From assembly GCA_023257255.1 (NCBI GenBank), contig JALRCR010000002.1, forward strand, positions 5,000-68,999: DNA of 64,000 nucleotides, written 5' to 3'. A model generated the notes under the pieces. That model was not told the origin of the DNA. It was given only the letters and a program-made list of their open reading frames with translations, and searched no databases. This document shows positions 15,240 through 23,894 of the stretch, piece after piece (within the stretch, counting starts at the first letter, position 1; every line of letters starts with the position of its first letter). A program made the position numbers and the translations under genes. Source of the DNA: Gammaproteobacteria bacterium (GTDB lineage: Bacteria; Pseudomonadota; Gammaproteobacteria; Ga0077536).

Positions 15240-18233
15240 ATGGTCGCACGAGCACCCGGTCAGGCGCTGCTGCCGGCAGCACGCTGGATTTGGCAATCTT
15301 TCGTCAAGACCACGCTGGTGCCCCTGCTGTTGGTGGAGGTGGCCATCATCGGCGTCTACATCGCGACGGTTTATTTTTCGCACCGCGAGAACGTCAGCTC
15401 GCTGCGCACCATGGCGACCGCCCAGATTGATGCAGTCGTGCGGGGCAACGCGGACTACATCAACGAAAAATTGCGCGGCGTTACGAGCCTCACCGAAATC
15501 CTGCGAGCCGATACCCGGCAAGCGCTGGATACGCCGTTCACGCCCTCGGCAGATGCGCTGGCGGCCTTGGCGATGTTGCCAGACGGCGTCTACTACTCGC
15601 AAAAGGATACCGGCGGGCCGGCGGTGTTTTTCAGCGGCGCGATGCCGGTCGGCCCGGCTGAGAAAGCGAAGGCGCAGCAGCTGCTGCAACTTGAAGGGAC
15701 CCTGAAGTCGCTGCGTGCCGCGAACCCGATTGTGGTGCAAAGCTACATCAATACCCGGGACTCGCTGAACATCATCTATCCCTGGTTCGATGTACTGACC
15801 CAGTACGCGGCCAAGATGGATATCCCTAGCTACAACTTCTATTACGAGGCCGACGAGCAGCACAACCCGCAGCGGCGAGTGGTGTGGACGGCGCCGTATC
15901 TCGACCCTGCAGGCGCGGGCTGGATCGTCTCGGCGATAGCGCCGGTGTATCGACGCGATGTGCTGGAAGCGGTGGTCGGCATCGATGTCACCATCGGCGC
16001 GATTGTGCGCGAGGTGCTTAACCTGAAGCTGCAGTGGGGCGGCTACGGGGTGCTGGTGGCGCAGGATGGCACGGTGATCGCGCTGCCCGCGGCGGGCGAG
16101 CGGGACTGGGGCTTGAGCGAGCTGACCAGTCACGACTATCAGACGGCGATTCTGAAAGACACCCTCAAGCCCGACGCCTTCAACCTTTACAAACGCGACC
16201 AGCTCGCGCCGCTCGCGGCGGTGGTTGCGCAGTCCCCGGCCGGCGTGACGGAAGTGGAATTCGGCGGCAGCAAGCTGGTGGGCTGGGCCACGGTCGAGGA
16301 GCCGGGCTGGAAGCTGCTGGTGCTGGTTCCGCAGTCCAACCTGTTCGCGGTGGTCAACGAGCTCCGCGCCAGCGCCACCAAGATCGCTTGGCTGATGGTA
16401 GTCGGGCTACTGCTCTTCTACCTCGTGTTCTTCACCGTGCTTTATTTTCGCGCGCAGGCCGAAAGCCGCCGTCTGACCCGGCCCTTGCTGGCGCTGAACG
16501 AACTGGCGCACCGGATCGGGGCCGGGCATTACCACCATCTGCCCGAGCGCTTCGAGATCCTCGAGTTCGATGACACCGTCCGACTGATTGCCGGCATGGG
16601 CGAATCGCTGGGTACCACGGTGCAGCAGTTACAGAACGCCGAGGCGCAGGCCCGCGCCAGTCAGGAGCGGCTGGAACTGGTGCTCACGGCCTCCGCGCAA
16701 GGGGTGTGGGACTGGGATGTCTTCATCAATGAGACCTGGCGGTCGGAACGCTTCCGGGCGCTGATTGGCGCGCCGGGGCCGGAAGATTCGGTCAGCGGCT
16801 TTGCGCTCCGCGAATACCTGCACCCGGGCGATCTGGAACGCTTCGAGCGCCGGCTCGCAGCGGTGCTGGCCGGTCGCAGCGAGACCCTCAACGAGGAAGT
16901 GCGGCTGGCGCGGGCCGACGGCAGCTATATCTGGGTGCAGTGTGTGGCCCAACTGCGCCGTGACGAACAGGGACGCGCGCAGCGCATGGTCGGCTCGATT
17001 GCCGACATCACAGCGCGGCGCACCGCCGCGGAGGAACTGCGGGAGGCCAAGGAGGCGGCAGAAGACGCGAGCCGCGCCAAGAGCCAGTTCCTGGCGACGA
17101 TGAGCCACGAGATTCGCACCCCGTTGAACGGCGTGCTGGGCATGGCGCAGCTGCTACAGGCCGGCAGACTGGCGCCAGAGCAGCGCGAATACGCCGACAC
17201 CATCCTCAGCTCCGGCAGTCACCTGCTGGGTTTGTTGAACGAAGTGCTGGATTTCGCCCGCATCGAGGCCGGGCGGCTTGAGTTGGTCAACGCACCGTTC
17301 TCGCTCCGCGCCTGCGTGGAAGACATTGCTCGCCTCATGGCGCCGCCGCTACGCGTCAAGAAGCTCGAATTTGTGTGGAGCATCGAAGGCCCCATGCCGG
17401 CCACCGTGCTGGGCGATGAAATCCGCCTGCGACAGGTCTTGCTGAACCTGCTGGGCAATGCGGTCAAGTTCACCGAGCACGGCGGCGTTGATTTTCTGGT
17501 GCGGGTGCGGGCCGAATCGCCGCAGAAATGCGCGATCGCCTTCCGGGTGGCCGACACCGGCATTGGTATTCCCGAAGACAAACTCACCGACATCTTTCAG
17601 GCCTTCCGGCAGGCTGACAACACGCATACGCGCAACTATGGGGGTACGGGGCTGGGGCTTAGCCTGTCCGACCGTCTGGTCCGCATGATGGGCAGCCAGA
17701 TCACGGCCGCGCCGCGCGCGGGCGGCGGCAGCGTGTTCAGTTTCGAGATTGAGCTGGCGGTGGTTGACCAGCCGGCCGGCGCCGAGGATGCCGAAGCGTC
17801 CGCTGTCGACGAGCCCCCCGCGTTAGCCGCTGCCGCCGCGCCGGCACCGTGCCGGGTGCTGGTGGCCGAAGACAATGCCGTTAATCGACGGCTGGTCGAA
17901 GTCATGCTGCGCAAGCTGGGTTTTACCGTGGAGCTCGCCATCGACGGTCTGCAGACGGTGGCGCGCATCGAGGAGTCGCCGCCGGATATTCTGCTGCTGG
18001 ACCTGCAGATGCCGGGCATGAACGGGCTGGACGTCGCGCGCCGGGTACGGGCGCGCGAAGCGGCGCAGCAGCTGCCGCGTTTGCCGATCGTGGCGGTGAC
18101 GGCGAACGCCTTTGCCGGCGACCGCGAGGCCTGTCTGGCGGCCGGGATGGACGATTTCCTCGCCAAACCCTTTACCAGCCAGGAGCTGACCGAAAAGCTG
18201 GACGCGGCGCTGGCCGCCGCTGCTGGCGCTTAG
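15240..18233 (+). CDS. hybrid sensor histidine kinase/response regulator (dCache-HAMP-PAS-HisKA-HATPase-REC)
   Basis: 997 aa. Two TM helices flank a Cache-like periplasmic region. H-box 'FLATMSHEIRTPLNG', N-box 'LLNLLGNAVKFT', G-boxes 'DTGIGI' and 'GGTGLGLS'. Receiver 'VLVAEDNAVNR...LLDLQMPGMNG...KP'. Confidence 0.9.
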   Translation: MVARAPGQALLPAARWIWQSFVKTTLVPLLLVEVAIIGVYIATVYFSHRENVSSLRTMATAQIDAVVRGNADYINEKLRGVTSLTEILRADTRQALDTPFTPSADALAALAMLPDGVYYSQKDTGGPAVFFSGAMPVGPAEKAKAQQLLQLEGTLKSLRAANPIVVQSYINTRDSLNIIYPWFDVLTQYAAKMDIPSYNFYYEADEQHNPQRRVVWTAPYLDPAGAGWIVSAIAPVYRRDVLEAVVGIDVTIGAIVREVLNLKLQWGGYGVLVAQDGTVIALPAAGERDWGLSELTSHDYQTAILKDTLKPDAFNLYKRDQLAPLAAVVAQSPAGVTEVEFGGSKLVGWATVEEPGWKLLVLVPQSNLFAVVNELRASATKIAWLMVVGLLLFYLVFFTVLYFRAQAESRRLTRPLLALNELAHRIGAGHYHHLPERFEILEFDDTVRLIAGMGESLGTTVQQLQNAEAQARASQERLELVLTASAQGVWDWDVFINETWRSERFRALIGAPGPEDSVSGFALREYLHPGDLERFERRLAAVLAGRSETLNEEVRLARADGSYIWVQCVAQLRRDEQGRAQRMVGSIADITARRTAAEELREAKEAAEDASRAKSQFLATMSHEIRTPLNGVLGMAQLLQAGRLAPEQREYADTILSSGSHLLGLLNEVLDFARIEAGRLELVNAPFSLRACVEDIARLMAPPLRVKKLEFVWSIEGPMPATVLGDEIRLRQVLLNLLGNAVKFTEHGGVDFLVRVRAESPQKCAIAFRVADTGIGIPEDKLTDIFQAFRQADNTHTRNYGGTGLGLSLSDRLVRMMGSQITAAPRAGGGSVFSFEIELAVVDQPAGAEDAEASAVDEPPALAAAAAPAPCRVLVAEDNAVNRRLVEVMLRKLGFTVELAIDGLQTVARIEESPPDILLLDLQMPGMNGLDVARRVRAREAAQQLPRLPIVAVTANAFAGDREACLAAGMDDFLAKPFTSQELTEKLDAALAAAAGA

Positions 18234-19369
18234 TAGCCTTTCAGGCAGGCATAGCGCGCGCGCTGAAAACCGCCATCGCCCAGCGTGTACTGCGCGACCC
18301 GGGCGCGCTTCAGAAACAGCCCGATTTCCTCCGCATCCGTCATGCCAATGCCGCCGTGCATCTGCACGGCTTCGGCCGACACCAGTTCGGCGGTGTCGTT
18401 GGCCTTGGCTTTGGCCAGGCAGGCCAGTAGCGCGGCGTCGGGGTGCTGGTGATCCAGCGCATCGAGCGCGGCCCGCACGGCAGAACGGGTCAGTTCCAGT
18501 TCGCAGAACATCAGCGCCGCGCGGTGTTTCAAGGCCTGGAACGAGCCGATTGGCACCCCAAACTGCTGGCGCATCTTGAGGTAGTTGAGCGTGCGGTCGA
18601 AGGCTTCCTGTGCGCTACCCAGCATTTCGGCGGCAAGCGCGGCGCGTGCGCCGTCCAGCACCTTGTCCAGCGCCGGCAGGACCTCGTGCAGCGGGCCAAG
18701 CAGGGCGTCTGCGCCGACGACGACCCCGTTTAACTGCAGGCTCGCCGCGTTCCGGCTGTCGACCATCGACAGGCGTCGGCGCGCAAGGCCAGCGCAGCCG
18801 GCAGGCAGCCGGAACAGACTGAGCCCGTGGCTCTCGCCGGGCGCGCCGGCGGTCCGCGCCAGCACCAGCAATTCATCCGCCACGTGACCGTCGAGCACCA
18901 TGGTTTTCTGGCCGTTGAGCACAAAGCCCTGCGGGTGCGCGTCGGCGCGGCAGGCGGTCTGCAGCGGGTCGTGATGCGGGCCTTCGTCCAGCGCCAGCGC
19001 GAGCACCCGTTCGCCGGCCGCAATCGCTGGTAATACGGCGTCCTGCACCGCCGGAGTGCCGAGGACGCGCAGCAGCGGGCCAGACAGCAGCACGGTCGAG
19101 AGCAGCGGCGAGGCGGCGAGCGTGCGGCCTGCTTCCTCCATGATCTGCCCAACGCCCTGATAGCCGAAATCAACCCCGCCATGGGCTTCCGCGATCAGGA
19201 TACCGGCCCAGCCCAACTCGCTCATCGCGCGCCACAGGGCGGGATCAAAGCCCGTCGGATGCTGGTCATCGCGCAGTTTGCGCAAGGCGGAAACGGGCTG
19301 TTTTTCGCTGAAAAATTCGCGCGCGGCGGTTTTCAGCATCTGCTGTTCGTCGTTCAGGGCTAGCGACAT
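18230..19369 (-). CDS. acyl-CoA dehydrogenase family protein lacking the catalytic Glu (probable non-catalytic partner subunit)
   Basis: Start at ATG 19369, just after the upstream stop. ACAD fold ('MQMHGGIGMT'). The 'YEGT' position reads 'YTLGDGGFQR'. Confidence 0.8.
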   Translation of the reverse strand: MSLALNDEQQMLKTAAREFFSEKQPVSALRKLRDDQHPTGFDPALWRAMSELGWAGILIAEAHGGVDFGYQGVGQIMEEAGRTLAASPLLSTVLLSGPLLRVLGTPAVQDAVLPAIAAGERVLALALDEGPHHDPLQTACRADAHPQGFVLNGQKTMVLDGHVADELLVLARTAGAPGESHGLSLFRLPAGCAGLARRRLSMVDSRNAASLQLNGVVVGADALLGPLHEVLPALDKVLDGARAALAAEMLGSAQEAFDRTLNYLKMRQQFGVPIGSFQALKHRAALMFCELELTRSAVRAALDALDHQHPDAALLACLAKAKANDTAELVSAEAVQMHGGIGMTDAEEIGLFLKRARVAQYTLGDGGFQRARYACLKGY

Positions 19370-19377
19370 GGGGCGCC

Positions 19378-20574
19378 TCAGTCGGGTAGGCCAAGCACGC
19401 GCTTGGCGATGACGTTGAGTTGGATTTCGGAGGTGCCGCCCTCGATGGAATTGCCTTTCGAGCGCAGCCAGGTGCGGCACATCAGCAGTTCCTCGTCGCT
19501 GAACTCATCGCCTTCCCAGCCTAGCGCGCGCTGGCCGGCGAGTTTCAGGATAAGTTCGAACTTCCGCTTGTTCTGCTCGGTGCCGTAGTACTTGAACATC
19601 GACGACAGCCCGCCGGCGGCGGCACCCGCCGCGCTTTCGGCCGCGGCCCGCCGCAAGGTGAGCGCAAAGGCGTGGTCGTCCATCACGTGGCGGGTGACGG
19701 TGTCGCGCAGGACGGGGTCCTTGATGTGGCCGGCCTCGTCGCCAAGGTAGCGCTGGGCAATGACGTCGACGCCCGGCACCGTGCCGCCGATGCTGCGACC
19801 GATTTCAGAGATCATGCCGCGCTCGTGCTGGAGCAGTTCCTTGGCAATCGCCCAGCCGCCGTTGATGGCGCCGACCAGGTTTTCTTTTGGCACCTGCACG
19901 TCGGTGAAGAAGGTTTCGCAGAACGCCGAGGCGCCGCTGATGAGCTTGATCGGACGCACCAGCACGCCCGGGCTCGCCATGTCGAACAGCAGGAAGCTGA
20001 TGCCGCCGTGCTTGTTTTTTGGATCGGTACGCACCAGACAGAAAATCCAGTCGGCGAGGTGGGCGTAGGAGGTCCAGATTTTCTGGCCGTTGACCCGCCA
20101 GTGCTCGCCGCAGTCCTCGGCGCGGGTTTGCAGCGAGGCCAGATCAGAGCCTGCCCCGGGTTCGCTATAGCCCTGACACCAGCGGATTTCGCCGCGCGCG
20201 ATGGGCGGCAGGAAGCGCGCTTTCTGCTCCGCCGTGCCCTGGGTCAACAACACCGGCCCCAGCATGCTGATGCCGAAGCCGAACAGCGGCTGGCGGCACT
20301 GCAGGCGCTGCATTTCTTCTTTGAGGATCTGGGCTTCGGCCGGCGTGAGGCCGGCGCCGCCGTAGGCCTTGGGCCAGGTCGGCACGGTAAAGCCCCGCTC
20401 GATGTTGAGGCGGAGCCAGCGTTCGCTATCCGGGTGTTTGAACACCGGCTGGCGTCCGCCCCACACCCGTTCGTCTTCCGGCATGGGGGTACGCATTGAG
20501 GCCGGGCAATGGGTGTCGAGCCAGTCGCGGGTTTCCGCGCGGAAAGTCTCCAGAGCGTCCATGGGCATCTCCAA
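19378..20574 (-). CDS. acyl-CoA dehydrogenase
   Basis: 398 aa. 'CQGYSEPGAGSDLASLQTRA' and 'IEGGTSEIQLNVIAKRVLG', which retains the catalytic Glu. Confidence 0.85.
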   Translation of the reverse strand: MEMPMDALETFRAETRDWLDTHCPASMRTPMPEDERVWGGRQPVFKHPDSERWLRLNIERGFTVPTWPKAYGGAGLTPAEAQILKEEMQRLQCRQPLFGFGISMLGPVLLTQGTAEQKARFLPPIARGEIRWCQGYSEPGAGSDLASLQTRAEDCGEHWRVNGQKIWTSYAHLADWIFCLVRTDPKNKHGGISFLLFDMASPGVLVRPIKLISGASAFCETFFTDVQVPKENLVGAINGGWAIAKELLQHERGMISEIGRSIGGTVPGVDVIAQRYLGDEAGHIKDPVLRDTVTRHVMDDHAFALTLRRAAAESAAGAAAGGLSSMFKYYGTEQNKRKFELILKLAGQRALGWEGDEFSDEELLMCRTWLRSKGNSIEGGTSEIQLNVIAKRVLGLPD

Positions 20575-20629
20575 GGCTTGCGGGGGAGGGCAGGATTATC
20601 GGCGAGCTTGAGGCGCGCGGCGAGGGTGT

Positions 20630-22492
20630 TCAGCGGGCGCGATGGTCGCCGATGGGCGCTGCCCAGGCATCTTTCACCAGCGCGTCCACGCTACCGCCGG
20701 TCAGGCTTTCCAGAAAGGCCAGCAGTTCGGCGCGCTCGGTCGCGTCCAGATTCAGTGGCCGGATTCGCGCATCCAGGCCTTCATTCGGCACGCCGCCCGC
20801 GTTGTAAAACGCGACCACGGCGGCGAGGTCGGGCAGCGAGCCGTCGTGCATATAGGGTGCGGTCAGCGCCACATTGCGCAGTCCCGGCGTGCGGAAGCGC
20901 CAACGGTCGGCCGGGTCGCCGGTCACTTCGTAACGGCCCAGATCGTTGACCGGTTCGATGCTGCTCGCCGCGCGGTCGCGGGCGCTGACCGGCAGGCTAA
21001 GCCCCGGACCGACGGTGACCGCCGCTTCGGCCGCCGGGCGATCGATCATCGACTGCCGGTAGCCGATGCCGGTGTTGTGCCAGCGGTGGTCGGTGAAAAG
21101 CGGGCCCGTCGGTGAGGCGAGATGGCAGCCGCCGCAGCCCGCTTTGCCCGTGAACAACGCAAAGCCGCGAGCGGCCGCGGGACTTGGCGCGGTCTCCTCG
21201 CCGCCCCGCCAGCGGTCGAAGGCGCTGCCGCCGGCAATCAGGCTGCGCTGATAGGCGGCCAGCGCCGCGCCCAGTGTTTCCATGGTCGGCGGGCCGCCGT
21301 CGAAGGCCGTGGCGTATTCCGGCAGGCCGGCGATTTTGTCGAGCACATAGCCAATCGCGGGATTGCCCATTTCGTTTGCCGCCAGCAAGGGGGCCCAGAT
21401 TTGTTGCTCCAGTCGCGTTTCGCGGCTGTCGTGAAAGAGGTGGGGCAGGAAACCGACGTTGAGCAGGGTGGGCGCATTACGGCGCACGCTGCGGCCCTCG
21501 ATGCCGATGGGTGTGGCCAGTTCGTTGCTGGTGTAGCCCTGTTCGGGCACATGGCAGCTGGCGCAGGAGAGCGTGTTGTTGTGCGACAGCCGACGGTCAA
21601 AAAAGAGCCGGCGGCCGAGCGCGATTTGCGCGGCGTCGGGCAGCGGGCCCGGCATTGCCGGCAAACCGGGTTCCCCGGCGGCGAGGCGCTCGGCCAGCGC
21701 CAGCGGCACGCCCTGTCGGGCTAGCAGTGCGCGTGAGCCGCTGCGATACGCGCCCGATTGATAGCCCGCGCGCGGGTCACCGGTGCCGGTGCTGGCCGGC
21801 GTCGGACGTGGTGGCGTTTCCGCCTTGCGCGCCGTCTCCAGCGCCAGCGTCTGAACGTCGGTGGCCAGCAGTCCGGCGTCCAGAAAGCCGGCGGTGTATT
21901 CGTTGCGGATCTGGCCGGCGGCGTCGATGAGGAAGACGCGCAGCGTATGCGCCAAGCTCGCGTCGTCACCGCCTTTGACCACATCTTGCCGATAGGCGCC
22001 GAGCAGTTGGCCCATGCTCGCCGGATCGGTTGCCATGAAGCGCCAGTCGATGCCGGGCTTCTGAAAATGTCCGGCGTAGGCCGCAAGGACCTGCGGGCTG
22101 TCGTGCGCCGGGTCGAAGCTCACGCTGAGAAACGCCACGCGCGCGCCAAGCTCGCCGGACTTGGCCAGCCGGCCTGCGGCCTGCGACAGTGTGTAACTGG
22201 CCATGGGACAACCCGCGCCGTCGGCACAGCGGGTGTAGATAAAGCTGAGCACGACAATGCGGCCGGCCAGCAGGTCGTGAAGCGGGCGGACCTTGCCCTG
22301 CTCGTCGCGCACCAGCCCATCGGGCGCCGCGCGCAGCGGCGGCAGGGCGTAGCTGCCCGGCGTTGGTAACTGGCGTGCCGGCGGGGCGGCCGGATGCGCC
22401 TCGTGCGCGGCGAGCGGGGCGCCGATCAGCAGCCCCGCGCACAGCACCGCCAGCGCGCCCGGCGGCAGCCAGCGACAGGCTGCCGCAGGCAT
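20630..22492 (-). CDS. fusion protein: SCO1/SenC-like thioredoxin-fold domain + di-haem cytochrome c peroxidase/MauG-family domain
   Basis: 620 aa. N-terminal half 'VVLSFIYTRCADGAGCP...SVSFDPAHDSP...LAHTLRVFLID'. C-terminal half has 'SCASCH' and 'GCGGCH' haem sites and 'FRTPGLRNVALTAPYMHDGS'. Confidence 0.85.
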   Translation of the reverse strand: MPAAACRWLPPGALAVLCAGLLIGAPLAAHEAHPAAPPARQLPTPGSYALPPLRAAPDGLVRDEQGKVRPLHDLLAGRIVVLSFIYTRCADGAGCPMASYTLSQAAGRLAKSGELGARVAFLSVSFDPAHDSPQVLAAYAGHFQKPGIDWRFMATDPASMGQLLGAYRQDVVKGGDDASLAHTLRVFLIDAAGQIRNEYTAGFLDAGLLATDVQTLALETARKAETPPRPTPASTGTGDPRAGYQSGAYRSGSRALLARQGVPLALAERLAAGEPGLPAMPGPLPDAAQIALGRRLFFDRRLSHNNTLSCASCHVPEQGYTSNELATPIGIEGRSVRRNAPTLLNVGFLPHLFHDSRETRLEQQIWAPLLAANEMGNPAIGYVLDKIAGLPEYATAFDGGPPTMETLGAALAAYQRSLIAGGSAFDRWRGGEETAPSPAAARGFALFTGKAGCGGCHLASPTGPLFTDHRWHNTGIGYRQSMIDRPAAEAAVTVGPGLSLPVSARDRAASSIEPVNDLGRYEVTGDPADRWRFRTPGLRNVALTAPYMHDGSLPDLAAVVAFYNAGGVPNEGLDARIRPLNLDATERAELLAFLESLTGGSVDALVKDAWAAPIGDHRAR

Positions 22493-22495
22493 CTG

Positions 22496-23866
22496 CTATT
22501 TACCCAGCGTGGCGAGCCCGGTGGTCGCCGGCAGATCGATCGGGACGCCGGCGGACATGGCGCGCGCGCCCAGCGTCATCTGATGGGCGCGACCGAGTTT
22601 TTCCTTGATGAAGTTCACCGAGAACGAGTGCTTGAGCGCCTTGCCGTCCCAGGCATAGGCCTTGAAGAACTGCAGGTCGCCTTCCGGGCCTTCGGTCTTG
22701 TCCCAGTTGGCGAGCAGCGAGGAGGTGAAGTACACCCGCTTGCCGTCCCAGCTCTGCGAGACCATGTTGACTTGCGCACCGATCTGCTTTTCATAAATCT
22801 GCTTCGGCTTGAACGGGTCGCTGATGTCGAACAGCCGCGCCATGCCGTCGTTCCAGGTGTTGACCCAGAGCGTCGAATCGTCGGCGGCGATGGAGATGTC
22901 GACCGGCAAGGGGATCTTTTTCGGATCGCCGATATTGGCCACCGACTGCGCCTGCCACTCGCCTTTGCCGTCGCGGTGGATCAGCCAGATTTGCGAGGTC
23001 AACGCGGTGGTGGTGAAGCAGTAGTCGTGCTTTTCGTTCCAGGCGCAGCGGATTTCCAGCGGCGCGCCCGGCACATCAAACACCTTCAGCGGTTTTCTGG
23101 TGTGCAGGTCCCACACCGCCACGGTGTTGCCGAAGCGCTTCATGGCTTCGCCATCGGCCATCATCTTGCCGAGGTTCATCATGTAGTTGTTCCAGCCGGT
23201 GAAGGAGGAGGTCAGCATCACGTTCAGGCGGGGCATGGCGCGCACGTCGTAGCCATAGCCGTCGGCCAGCTTGCCGGCCTTCACGGCGCCGCCCAGCGCG
23301 TCGTCGGTCGGCATCCAGTGGGTGGTGATGTATTCGCCTTCGTTGGTGTACTCGGCCATGCCGGTCCGGCCGCCGTGGTCCTGATTATTCGACAGACCGG
23401 TGATGAGCATGCGCCCCGGCAGGGCGTAAAAGCTGTGCGGGCCGACAATGCCGCCGGTGGCAGCGACAAAATCGGTGATGGTCGACACCAGCTTCGGCTT
23501 GGCCGGGTCGGTGTGGACGTCGAAGATGAAGATGTTGCTGCTGTCGAGGCCGCCGGCCCACAGGAAGCGACGGTCGTCGGTGAAGCCGGAGTGGTGCGCC
23601 TCGTTGCGCCCGCCCACCGACACGCTGTGAATCACCTTGCCGTAGGTTTTGGAATTGGGCTGGACGTCGACGGTCACCAGCTTGTCCTGTTCGTCGCCCA
23701 TGCCGAGCGCGCCCAGCGTCCAGATGTACATGAAGTCTTCCTGACCCGTCAGGCGCTTCATATAGGGCGACACACAGGTTTCGTCGGCGGTCGCGGGCAG
23801 GGTGGCGACCAGCCCCAGGGCGAGGGCGAACAGCCGCGGCCAGCGGGCGGATGTGAGGTGCTTCAT
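22496..23866 (-). CDS. mtoX: selenium-binding protein (SBP56) family / methanethiol oxidase-like, secreted
   Basis: 456 aa. Signal peptide 'RLFALALGLVATLPATA'. SBP56 beta-propeller-type sequence ('FMYIWTLG', 'HHSGFTDDRRFLWAGGLDSS', 'GPHSFYALPGRMLI'). Its stop lies 3 nt upstream of the SCO1::MauG start. Confidence 0.8.
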   Translation of the reverse strand: MKHLTSARWPRLFALALGLVATLPATADETCVSPYMKRLTGQEDFMYIWTLGALGMGDEQDKLVTVDVQPNSKTYGKVIHSVSVGGRNEAHHSGFTDDRRFLWAGGLDSSNIFIFDVHTDPAKPKLVSTITDFVAATGGIVGPHSFYALPGRMLITGLSNNQDHGGRTGMAEYTNEGEYITTHWMPTDDALGGAVKAGKLADGYGYDVRAMPRLNVMLTSSFTGWNNYMMNLGKMMADGEAMKRFGNTVAVWDLHTRKPLKVFDVPGAPLEIRCAWNEKHDYCFTTTALTSQIWLIHRDGKGEWQAQSVANIGDPKKIPLPVDISIAADDSTLWVNTWNDGMARLFDISDPFKPKQIYEKQIGAQVNMVSQSWDGKRVYFTSSLLANWDKTEGPEGDLQFFKAYAWDGKALKHSFSVNFIKEKLGRAHQMTLGARAMSAGVPIDLPATTGLATLGK

Positions 23867-23894
23867 GGGGTCTCTCCTCCTAGGGGATGGGGCC

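Noticed and set aside
14922-16133. 403-aa ORF on the minus strand
   Set aside because: It is antisense to the MoaD-like gene and to the Cache region of the hybrid kinase. It has an Arg/His/Gln-rich composition and no recognisable domain.
20630-22492. MauG for methylamine dehydrogenase maturation
   Set aside because: There are no mauA, mauB, mauD or mauE genes. The context is the mtoX/SBP56 gene, so a MauG-like role for that enzyme is more likely.
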